From positions 28,956,001-29,020,000 of the forward strand of contig CM119371.1 in NCBI GenBank assembly GCA_051294905.1: a DNA stretch of 64,000 nucleotides, read 5' to 3'. A program made the translations under genes and the position numbers. This document shows positions 42,401-51,183 of the stretch, in pieces. Each line of letters starts with the position of its first letter. Position 1 is the first letter of the stretch. Under the pieces are notes generated by a model. The model did no database searches and had not been told where the DNA came from. It saw only the letters and a program-made list of their open reading frames with translations. Source of the stretch: Botryllus schlosseri (lineage: Eukaryota).

Positions 42401-45400
42401 GGCAACTGTCAACAACTCGCGTGCTAAACATGTCGCGCTCGATTCTAAACAGAGGCCATATATCTAACAAATTTTTCGGGTGTCTTGAGCAAATTACCTC
42501 AACTTCGATTCGCGACTTTAATTTGATGCCTACATAATACCACTTTTCCAAGGTTACAATTGTATATTGTCTCTCATAGCTAAATTGACGGGGGTTGCTA
42601 ACCGTTGTCGTACGCTATATTTCTAACGGACCTGTGGTTTAATTTAGACGCAAGAGGAAGTTACGAATTTGCAGCTTTTGAGAGCTTGTACAGAAGAATA
42701 TGTGGCTCAAATGAAAAAGGTTGGTTCCCGCATTTATAATGGTTCTAATCTCAATGGAGAAGCATCTCATGTTTTCCAAAACTTTCTTTGAACTTGTCTG
42801 ATGGTAGTGACCTCATTCAGCAAGTATCACCATTATTCATTTCGGTGCAATGCCAGACGATTATTATCAATAGATAATTTGCAAGTCCGTATGGGACATT
42901 CATATCTAACTCTTCATGTGATTTCAATGCATTCGCAATTCCAAACCTAAATCATACCATCACCTGAGGTGTCAATGTGGCTACCTTTGCTACGCAAGTA
43001 GAGGAAACGCCGTTCAATTACAAGTAGAAGTAGAAAATGGAGATCTGAGAACTACTTTCAATTCAAATAGTAGATTTGGTGAATCGGAGTTAGCCTCTTC
43101 CGAAATTGAAGAGCGCATCTTCGCGACTCACTCAAAATGACTTATGGCACCACAAACAGTTGCAATGTCGGAAATGTATTCACTTACCGTGATAGCGGGG
43201 TTGTATGCCTCTAGGTCAGGGGAGGCGGGTAACTTATTCAGTCGGCAGGCCTGATAGCGGAACGAAGCACTTGGCGGGTCGGATTTATGAATCGATACCT
43301 TAATCTCGTATTTTTCCATCAACACAAGGAATAAATCGTAAGTTTCAAGCATGGAGGCCGAAAACAGTTAACGTAATGTACTTCGATCTTAGCCGGTAAA
43401 GGCAATGAAACATCTGTGGCTGATCAAAGTTCTTTAAACTCTGACTGCATGTCGGACATAGAAACCTTTAGTGAAAACTGCACGTGAACATCAGTTTCAT
43501 TTGAACTCAGCTTTGTCCTGCTCATGTTTGTTGTAGAAACTGTTTGCAAATGCATGTATACCGGACGAGTTTTAGCTTCACCCTGAATGCCTTCACAGTA
43601 AAAAAGATTTTGTGAGCAAAAGCGCCTCTCGCTTCAAGTATGATGTTCAACTCATTCATGCGTACAAAGTGATCAACCAAGCACTACGAAAAAAACTATA
43701 AGAACACAAATATAACAAAGACCTGAAAAATAACCTAATGCATCATCATTTGACGTCGTAACCAAGTAGGTCGAGTGGGAGATTGCGGCAGATTATGACC
43801 GCGGGTCACATTATCATGTAACAGCAGAAACTATCTGCGGGCGGCTCAAATAATCGTTGAGTTATATTTTTCATCTTGACAAGTCACACACAATGTACAA
43901 TGCGATAAGACACAATGCGATGTAATGAACAGATAGGAGGATGTCGAACGGCACGCAGTTGCGATTCTTTTAATCTAACACCCACCTTGGCCTAGAGTGC
44001 CCGATGTCACAGTTTTTTTCAATGTCGATCTTGTTGAAGCCGCGGCCCTTTCTACTAGTTCTTTCCATTCCACGTGATTTCTTTCGTTCCTTGTGCTCAA
44101 AATCATATCTTCAGCCGGGTACGGCCCGCGGACCGTATGTTGCCCGCCCCTGCTCTAGACTTTGGTTTCGTGTACCACGGTTGTATATTCACACACTTTA
44201 TTCGCTAGGAGTGTACTTTATACTTGACAGAATTCAAAGTGTAAAAAGTATGTGTAGTTTTGAAGGTATGAGTAAGTAGTCCAAATAGTCAATAAAAGGA
44301 AAACCTACTTGAGTAGCGTAACTTCAAATTCAGTTTTAAACTCTTAATATTCATTTTCGTTGTTTGTTGACAAACACAACTCCGAATGCATGGTAATTAC
44401 CGCAATCCTGTACCATGACCTTCACTGCTTACAAAACTCCGTCACAGCATATGCGGACTTTGGATCTGACTCACAATGTAACTATCTCGTAAGCAGCAGC
44501 AGCAGCAGCTAAATGACAATGTAATACACGATTCGTACCGATTTAGATCACAAGGGACCGGTACGTTTCTGACGAAGAACTCAGATCTTACCACGACACA
44601 ACGTGCAACTCGCAGCTGAAGTCATTTCGGCGTAGCGCGGGTAAAATCAATTCTGGGACAAGCGATCTGTATGGAGCAAAACTGCTTGCTTCTATGCTGG
44701 AGCAATTCGAGATCTTCCAGAGGACAAACTACGCAAAAGGGGTAAGAAACGAAAGCAGGAGGCTTGGTGCAGCCGTAGCCGAGCACCACCTATAGTGAAA
44801 GATGAGTCATTAATCAGTTTGAGGTAAATAAATAGGGAATGAGACTTTATGATTGACTGATTGTACTCAAATACAGTAACCACATAACTTTCCTTCTCTA
44901 ACAAAGTCGAGACATGATGTATTAGCTCCATTTGCACATTCTTCCGAACCGTTATGGATTTAGAAAGTGTTTTGAAAGTCCTCGAAATTTTGTGGAAATG
45001 AACAACATTGTGCGATTCCATAGACCATACTAATCAGGAGACTGGAAAGACGCAGTAGGCACGCAGTGCTATGGCCGTGCAGTACAGTGTAGCCAGACAG
45101 TAACGTACTATAAGCGCTATGCTGACTGGATGCTTCTGTCTGGAACGATATTCTACGAACTTTTGTACATTCTAGATGTGAAGTTTTTTCTCGTCGACTG
45201 AATGTAACTATATTTTGCCGGCAACTGCACTACACCATACTATAAACTGTTTATTTGTCACGACTCTCCTAAATCGAAGATATCTCCTTTTTATCAGAGA
45301 GAGATAGCCAGAGCAGTGAGAGAAAAAGCCAACCGCTATGTTCACGAATACGTCATGATGATGGAAGAGGTGAGACATTGTAGCAGGTATATTTTTGAAT

Positions 45401-48400
45401 AGGTTACCCCGGTAGGCGGGCTGCGGAGCAGGATTTGACGCATACGGCCCAATACATCGTACCAAAAACATATGGTTGACGATAGGGATGGTGTGAACGT
45501 GAGGTTCACGTTCGCGTTCTGTGTGTGAACCTAGGAAATTTAGAGGTTCACGTTCACAAACGAACCTTGGTAGGTCGTGCACTGTGAACCTTTTTGATAT
45601 ATTACAATTGTCACGTCATTATAACATCTTTGGTTGGAATTTTTTGTATTTCAACTGCGGGCGACTCTGTGCATGGCGCTTGCAGCATCAAAAATCAACA
45701 CTCAACGAGCATGCACCTTGATAATCTCAAAAATTATACCTGTTTTCTTAGAAAAGTTTGCTCGAAATATCCAGCTTTCTATTTGTGAATATTTAGTGAC
45801 TCTCTGCTGTGAGCTTGACCCGAATTCAAACAACATCAAGAGCGAAATACTCTACATGTAAGTAGTCAGCGAATGATGCTTATTCAACCAATCAATGAAA
45901 TTGATATCGTTATCTGATGTAAAAAATCTAGCAAGTGGGTGCGGGGTCCATCTCGATTTCATATGTTCATTATATCATAAAAACCAAATCCGTGCGATTT
46001 GGGTGTTGGCTACTGCTGTATAACTTGTTAATGGGGTGAAACTCGTTCAACCATAGTGTCCTATATGGTGTCGACACAAGCAAATCGCACGGTTCAATGA
46101 AATTGTATCACGTCACAGTTTCCATTTGGCTACAGGCAATTTGACGGTGATTTTTGACCGACTTGCCGAGCATCAAATTTGATAAAACGGGTATCAATCG
46201 AAAGCTGCCGCCGTACTGATTACGAAAATATAAATTTTATTCCGCTCGCGGCCCTGGAACCCCCACAATCAGCCTCTAATTTTTCATTGTTATGGAGATT
46301 GGCATTGGGACGCAACAATGCTGTCTGGCGAAACGACAGACGCAACAATACTGTCTGGCTCCCTTTTTCTCGAGCACCTGTCTCGTTTCGCTAGACAGCA
46401 TTGTTGCGTCCCAATGCCAATCTCCATAACAATGAAAAATTAGAGGCTGATTGTGGGGATTCCAGGGCCGCAAGCGGAATAAAATTTATATTTTCGTAAT
46501 CAGTACGGCGGCAGCTTTCGATTGATACCCGTTTTATCAAATTTGATGCTCGGCAAGTCGGTCAAAAATCACCGTCAAATTGCCTGTAGCCAAATGAAAA
46601 CTGTGACGTGATACAATTTCATTGAACCGTGCGATTTGCTTGTGTCGACACCATATAGGACACTATGGTTCAACACTCTGCTCAATATCAACGTAGCAAC
46701 ACTCAGACGCTGAATAAATCGTCCGGTCTGGTCCAGACCGTTAAGGCGTAATCTTATATTTCCTTGCAAGTCTTCGTCGAAATTGTTGGTATAGCGACGG
46801 AAGATGTTGATTTTATGGCATTATGATATTTGATTGCTCCACTGGATACATTTAGCGACGTTTAAAAATCAGTCTGTACTTCTACACTGTGGCATCATGT
46901 GGCCCGAGTCGTCACTATAGGTACCGTGCAGCGACTGTAGCCTACATTAATATATATCACTTCACTGAAATGTTTGGTTGGAATAAGCAATCTGACATCG
47001 CGTGACGTCACGGGTTCACGTTCGCGTTCACACAGAACCTTTGAAAAAGGTTCGCGTTCACACGAACCTGAACCTTTTAGAGGTTCACACCATCCCTTCT
47101 TGACGATGTTAATAAAACCAAGAAGTAATACGTCCGAGACTCCACATGCTTTTAGTAGCCAAACCAACACAATATTGGCACTACAAATCCCTGGAAATTT
47201 CTATAACATATTCATATACGATCACACAGGTGATGTTTCGTCAATTCTTACAATTTCACTCATAATCATAATGCAAACATATCCCCAAATCAATTTTACT
47301 GTTGTTGTTGTTGCTGTTGTTGTTGGAGGAAAATATAAGATAAACCTCCAACACTTGGTTAGGAATTCTGGAGTCGACCTCGGTCGGACTCGAACCCACA
47401 ACCCATTGGTGTTGCAGCTGCGGATTTATACCACTACGCTATCTCGCCTCTGTAAAAAACACTGTGGAAGTGGAAGTGCAAGTATAGGCTAAACTCATTT
47501 GATTACTCGGAAAAGTATCAGCGCTTCGTTACCGAACCCCTCTGCTTACCACTTCAATTTGATTGTGATACTACGGTATCGGGTGATGTAAGCCACTTGC
47601 GCGAATATACGTCTGGTGACCATTTCCATCGCTTCATTTCCCGTCATAGAACACGAAAGACAGTGGTCTGGAAGACAACGCGTTTGAGAAATGTCATCAA
47701 CTCAGTCTGCAAGCGAAGTTGACCGAATTCCAAGCGACTTGCAAAGGCCTGCACGGGTTTTCGGAGTCCCTGGAGGCGTTCCACATGGATGTAAAATTCT
47801 GTTTGGGCGTACTCACGAGGATCAACACCGACAAAAGAAATTTGCAACAAATGAAGACGGTAGGTGTCTACTAGAAATTAGTACAGGGTGTGTTGGAATT
47901 TTCGTCTCCATTACATGTAGAAATGGCGATTTCCAAGTCATGTCCAAAGAGCTCCGAGTCGAAGTAGGAAATGGAATGTCTCAAAAGTACTCAAGTATAG
48001 GTACTTTCGAAAAGCAGATTTGGTAGAGGGATTACGTACTTTCAGCAGTTAATCGGTGGTGAATATTTTCGAAATTTAAATAGTATCTTTGCGACTAACG
48101 CAAAATGACAAACGACACTGTGAACAGGTGCAATTTTCGAAAATGCATTCCGTCACCATGATACTAGAGCTATTCCGCCCGGGAGTCATGGGAGTTTCAC
48201 TAATAAAGGCGATCCAAACGTATCCCAAATCACATACTACTTGACAATGCCGAAAGAAGAAAAAGCAAGTAGCTTTACCTGAAAAAACCGCGAAGTTGAA
48301 ATGTTAGTAGTCAAAAACAACCATTGAATAAGAATGGTGCAAGTGATTAAAATCGTACTTGAGTACCCCGAAAGTACTTCGTTACTGACCATGACCTTCT

Positions 48401-51166
48401 CTGGGTAGCGTCTATGCCACCTCCATTTTATGACTTGGTAATTCTCACTGCATCTGCATCTATATCTACTTCACAAAGTATCACGCCATAGCTAATATAA
48501 TTCACCACGTCCCTGCATACTTTAACCATCCGCCCAAATTATCATCGGTGCACCTACAAAAATGACTCGTTAAAATTGCTTCTTGTACGATATGGTTCAA
48601 TTGAAAAACGGCGGAAATACGGATACGCTAGATTACTAGATAACACATTGATCTGTTCTTTCGAACCATCAAGGCCGTGTGCGGGTTACAAGCAAAAGTG
48701 GCGAATCCTAAATGTCACTTCCATCTTTGTACATGTATATTACCCTCGCTTTACCACATTTATGCATGTTATTACAGACTTCTACCTTGTCATGTTAATG
48801 TTTTGCAGAAAGACGATGATGTTAGAGTGAGGAATGTAATTCACGAGTGCGTAGAACTGTATAAAAAGCATATGAAAAAGGTAAGTCGGTTGCTGTAAGA
48901 GAATTGTGGTATTCGCATGAGATACATATCTGTATCTATATATTAGATCGATAGACCGTATACTCTTTCGTTTGAACATCCTCCAATCTGTTCATTACAT
49001 CATATTGTGTCTTATATATCGCATTACTTGTCTTGAGAATGAGAGGATGAGAGGATGAAAATAATAAGACCGCGGATTATTATAAGCCTATCGCAGAACA
49101 TGGGATAGCCTACCAGCCCCGCAATTCATTTCTGGTGTCTGATTATTTCAGTTTTCAAGACATTACATGGATTACTCGCTTCTCGTGAACGAGCACGGGA
49201 AGGTGAGAGGTCAGATTTTCAAGCACTTTGAGCAGAAGAGCAAGCTACTGACCGATTCGTCGGGGCCGTCGTCCGAACTTTCCGATAAATTACAGAACGA
49301 ATTTTGTGCCGTGGAAGCCGCGAATGAGACGAATCAAGTAAGCCTTGGTCGATTTCTATTAGCGTAGCTTCGCATACTGTGCAAGTGCATGAGTTGAAAT
49401 GGGTGCAATTATTGACTTGCCACAGCGTAGGGTTAGGCCGTAGGGTGAAAATCAGGCCAATGCTTCATGGTACAAAATTTCACTTTCATTCCCATTCCAA
49501 TGGATGAGAAGAGTCAAATACACCACTCCTCACGGATATATAACCCACGGATTGTAATGATTCGAGTCGGGTCGTGAGAGCCACTTTTCGAGAATTTTAG
49601 AGTCACTTTTTGAGTACCCTTGCAATTAAAAGCTATATTATGAACGACAATTCTGGTTTCGATACTTTAATTTATGTTGCAAGTTCGAAATCTCGATTGG
49701 TGGTATCAGAGCATCGAAAACATGTATCACAAATCTATAGGCACTGTAGTGCAGCATCGACCCACCTGCAGAATAAATATTTATGCTTGAAAAATACGAA
49801 ATTATACCATTGAAGCGGTTTATATATTTTGTTTTTATACATTTACCAAATCCTTCCAGCCCAGCCCTGATATAGGTCTACTCCGTTAGGTAGCCTAATA
49901 ATCTTTGCTATGCATTATTACGATAGTATTATTGGGTATACTTGCGTTCCGTACCAGCACGTCACATTTACGATATTTGTTTTTAGCGCATGCTTGGACT
50001 CGTGCTTCAACAGAAGCGAAACAAACTCATCGTGCAGTATCGAGTGACAATGTCGAAGGTGGGAAACATATCATACTCGGGCCTGATCCCATTTTTGCAG
50101 TTTTACTGCTGCTTACTGTAGTTTTGGAATGTGGTATTTTGCACTGTAAGCTATAGCTTTACATAAATGTTCTCTTTTATTAATAACATCTTTATCCAAC
50201 TCCATTACAGCCTCCCCCGGAGGTGATCGGTAACGAAGTACTTCTACTTCTTCGAAGTGGTCAAATACTACTTCGACTATAGTATACTGTTTCAAGTGGT
50301 TACTTTCTTGTACTGTAACATTCTGGATTTTTTCAAGTAAAAAGTAAATTTTGGATATCCTTGATTCACTTCAAACAGTGACATTGTCATGACAGCCGGT
50401 TCGGAGAATCCCTGTATCAGGCTAGGTAATTATATTTTGGAAAATCGCATATATATTTGGTGTCAATGGTCATTTTGCGTTACTCTCGAAGATACACCCA
50501 GAAATTTGGAAAGTGGCTGCCTCGGATTAACCGCTAAAAGTATGCGACCCATCGAAGTATAATGATCACATTTCAGTTCTGATTCTACTTGAGGAAATTT
50601 CGTTATGTCTGAAATTATTATTGCTATTTGTGATTAAGTGAAAATTTACGGCTTAACTTCGTTTTCTACTTTTACTTCTACAGTCATTTCGCGAAGGTTC
50701 ATCTTGCTTCACACAAATCAACTTTTTGGAACTTTCATTTTCTGTGTATCCCAGAAGTAGTTTTGACGTGAATCGGAAATACTCCTTCCATGAAATTGAG
50801 GAGAAATACACGGCGTCACTTCGGCGTCTATTTGAGTAGCAACGATGACTGGTTTATCCATCTTCAATATTTCAGGGTATGGCAGACGCCTACATCGAAC
50901 CAAGCGTGCTCGAAGCAACACACAGCAGCACTGAACAAAACGTAGTTGACCGCCTGATACACGATGACGAAGTGTTGGCGATTTGTACCTCGCCAATCAC
51001 GGACACTTTCGTTCGCAAGAACGTGGAACAGCTGAGGAAGGATATTCAGCAGATTTACGAGAAGTTGAGCCTCACGAACGAAGAAAACAGAAAACTCTAT
51101 CCCCAAACCACTAGAGGAGTGAAGGGTTTTTTCAAATCGATATGGAATTCGAAGAGTCCGTCATAA
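21293..51166 (+). CDS. ATL: Atlastin-like large GTPase, 769 aa, 15 coding exons: join(21293-21440,22562-22764,24813-24944,25863-26018,29356-29418,32910-33162,41361-41545,42648-42719,44547-44741,45298-45369,47650-47859,48809-48880,49152-49337,49987-50058,50876-51166); four tandem 3HB repeats, no TM hairpin
   Basis: Spliced by hand: all introns GT..AG, phases match, total 2310 nt with a single terminal TAA. G1 GAFRKGKS, G2 [16 protein letters not shown]3 LLMDTQG, G4 VVRDW, plus atlastin-typical [13 protein letters not shown] and LPNPQAMLQ. Family assignment is firm; orthology to a named ATL paralogue is not established. Confidence 0.9.
22562..22764 (+). CDS. ATL: ATL-like exon 2 (P-loop)
   Basis: ttgcag acceptor; [12 protein letters not shown]...[20 protein letters not shown]; donor GGA|GTGAGT. 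Confidence 0.95.
23033..23508. mobile_element. MITE, tagggttaccata family (inverted partial copy at 63678-64000)
   Basis: TIR tagggttaccata...tatggtaagccta; flanking repeat gataatg; internal tandem unit of about 65 bp. Confidence 0.8.
23948..24770 (+). mobile_element. Degenerate hAT/Charlie-like MITE (homologue at about 56821-57688)
   Basis: Shared catggtta.ga.gctgtca.cattgtctgtcctggagtt core and gcggcccgc subterminal motifs; boundaries approximate. Confidence 0.6.
24813..24944 (+). CDS. ATL: ATL-like exon 3 (switch I)
   Basis: ttttcattacag acceptor; [44 protein letters not shown]; donor GAT|GTAAGT. Confidence 0.93.
25140..25680 (-). mobile_element. Partial inverted copy of the GTTCAC-repeat MITE family
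   Basis: Reverse complement of the first ~520 bp of 4053-5036; ends cctcacgttcacaccctcccta. Confidence 0.8.
25863..26018 (+). CDS. ATL: ATL-like exon 4 (G3 DTQG)
   Basis: ctttcag acceptor; [52 protein letters not shown]; donor CAG|GTATTA. Confidence 0.95.
26682..26912 (+). mobile_element. tRNA-derived SINE family A (internally deleted)
   Basis: gtggcgaaatagcgctgtg...cagctgcaacgccaatg...ctaggctcctactcgcca...ggcctggtgtaaa...caaacaa. Confidence 0.75.
28646..29161 (+). mobile_element. hAT-type MITE (copy of 5146-5657)
   Basis: Same TIRs and body as 5146-5657; perfect TSD cttgtatc. Confidence 0.9.
29356..29418 (+). CDS. ATL: ATL-like exon 5
   Basis: tttatag acceptor; [21 protein letters not shown] (atlastin LFTEYG...PFQ); donor CAA|GTAAGA. 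Confidence 0.9.
29514..31179 (+). mobile_element. hAT deletion derivative with GACTCGAGTC arrays and a transposase remnant
   Basis: TIR cagggttgtaa...ttacaaccctg; perfect TSD gtatatag. Confidence 0.92.
30050..30246 (+). pseudogene. hAT transposase C-terminal (hATC dimerisation) remnant
   Basis: [37 protein letters not shown](frameshift)[11 protein letters not shown]...VFLNCN. Confidence 0.85.
32910..33162 (+). CDS. ATL: ATL-like exon 6 (G4 RDW)
   Basis: ttttgccag acceptor; KLMFVVRDW...[11 protein letters not shown]...FKGELK; phase-1 donor AAG|GTACAT. Confidence 0.95.
33908..35863. mobile_element. Large fold-back element with inverted arms of about 750 bp
   Basis: tagggttgtccaaaatttggaaaatctc...gagattttccaaattttggacaacccta; arms 33908-~34660 and ~35150-35863; perfect TSD atgtatat. 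Confidence 0.92.
36545..36681 (+). repeat. Minisatellite, unit of about 34 bp, x4
   Basis: caaggtctttcttta(a/g)taatacacttcttggagt repeated. Confidence 0.9.
37846..38005 (-). mobile_element. SINE family A, 3' half
   Basis: (tttg)n tail plus catggtatttgtcgactactatggtcatttacaccagaccgatatt. Confidence 0.7.
38076..38876. mobile_element. hAT-type MITE, caggaccgtaac family
   Basis: TIR caggaccgtaac...gttacggtcctg; TSD gttgggaa/gtggggaa. Confidence 0.82.
40288..41244. mobile_element. PIF/Harbinger-like MITE
   Basis: TIR aggctgctgcacactggct.t.gcgacacgac...gtcgtgtcgcgagagccagtgtgcagcagcct; TWA-like flanks (tta/ata). Confidence 0.75.
41361..41545 (+). CDS. ATL: ATL-like exon 7 (end of G domain and linker)
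   Basis: tccgcag acceptor, phase 1; [35 protein letters not shown]...LPNPQAMLQ; donor CAG|GTGAGA. Confidence 0.95.
41620..42355 (+). mobile_element. Buster/Charlie-like MITE (same family as 51184-52400)
   Basis: TIR ccgtggttctcaac...ttgagaaccactg; TSD tcctatat/tcctatac. Confidence 0.85.
42648..42719 (+). CDS. ATL: ATL-like exon 8 (3HB repeat 1, helix 1)
   Basis: 72 nt; [24 protein letters not shown]; tttaatttag acceptor, AAG|GTTGGT donor. Confidence 0.85.
43880..44100 (-). mobile_element. SINE family B, 3' part
   Basis: acacacaatgtacaat...gatgtaatgaacagataggaggatg matches the reverse complement of 59040-59143. Confidence 0.7.
44547..44741 (+). CDS. ATL: ATL-like exon 9 (3HB repeat 1, helices 2-3)
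   Basis: [27 protein letters not shown]...FQRTNYAKG; atttag acceptor, GGG|GTAAGA donor. Confidence 0.85.
45298..45369 (+). CDS. ATL: ATL-like exon 10 (3HB repeat 2, helix 1)
   Basis: 72 nt; [24 protein letters not shown]; tttttatcag acceptor, GAG|GTGAGA donor. Confidence 0.85.
45483..47098 (+). mobile_element. GTTCAC-repeat hAT-type MITE carrying a palindromic insertion
   Basis: Colinear with 4053-5036; TSD gttgacga/cttgacga. Confidence 0.9.
46051..46668. mobile_element. Near-perfect palindromic MITE with CCATAG termini and a 5-bp TSD (superfamily unclassified)
   Basis: Arms of about 290 bp with very few mismatches; ttcaa at 46046-46050 and 46669-46673; absent from the homologous site in copy 4053-5036. 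Confidence 0.9.
47300..47448 (-). mobile_element. SINE family A, 5' half
   Basis: Minus strand ggcgagatagcgtagtggtataaatccgcagctgcaacaccaatgggttgtgggttcgagtccgacc. Confidence 0.8.
47650..47859 (+). CDS. ATL: ATL-like exon 11 (3HB repeat 2, helices 2-3)
   Basis: [27 protein letters not shown]...[16 protein letters not shown]; tttcccgtcatag acceptor, ACG|GTAGGT donor. Confidence 0.82.
47884..48402 (+). mobile_element. Degenerate AGTACTT-type MITE (inverted relative at about 50217-50720)
   Basis: Shared aagtacttcgttac end and taacgcaaaatgac core; boundaries approximate. Confidence 0.55.
48809..48880 (+). CDS. ATL: ATL-like exon 12 (3HB repeat 3, helix 1)
   Basis: 72 nt; [24 protein letters not shown]; ttttgcag acceptor, AAG|GTAAGT donor. 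Confidence 0.88.
49152..49337 (+). CDS. ATL: ATL-like exon 13 (3HB repeat 3, helices 2-3)
   Basis: [26 protein letters not shown]...VEAANETNQ; tttcag acceptor, CAA|GTAAGC donor. Confidence 0.85.
49987..50058 (+). CDS. ATL: ATL-like exon 14 (3HB repeat 4, helix 1)
   Basis: 72 nt; [24 protein letters not shown]; ttgtttttag acceptor, AAG|GTGGGA donor. Confidence 0.82.
50876..51166 (+). CDS. ATL: ATL-like exon 15 (3HB repeat 4 helices 2-3, amphipathic tail, stop)
   Basis: atttcag acceptor; [16 protein letters not shown]...[22 protein letters not shown]...[17 protein letters not shown]. Confidence 0.88.
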   Translation, partial: GMADAYIEPSVLEATHSSTEQNVVDRLIHDDEVLAICTSPITDTFVRKNVEQLRKDIQQIYEKLSLTNEENRKLYPQTTRGVKGFFKSIWNSKSPS

Positions 51167-51183
51167 ATCCACAGATTCTAGAG

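Noticed and set aside
47370..47448. tRNA gene on the minus strand
   Set aside because: Has A and B boxes but no proper cloverleaf, and continues into a body shared with other SINE copies; it is a SINE head.
46974..47492. Longest ORF in the track (172 aa)
   Set aside because: Made of a MITE end, a (GTT)n tract and an antisense SINE; not coding.
49905..50156. Hydrophobic ORF near the 3' end as a possible atlastin TM hairpin
   Set aside because: Different frame from the 72-nt exon 14 it overlaps; the hydrophobic parts are T-rich intron sequence and do not resemble atlastin TMs.
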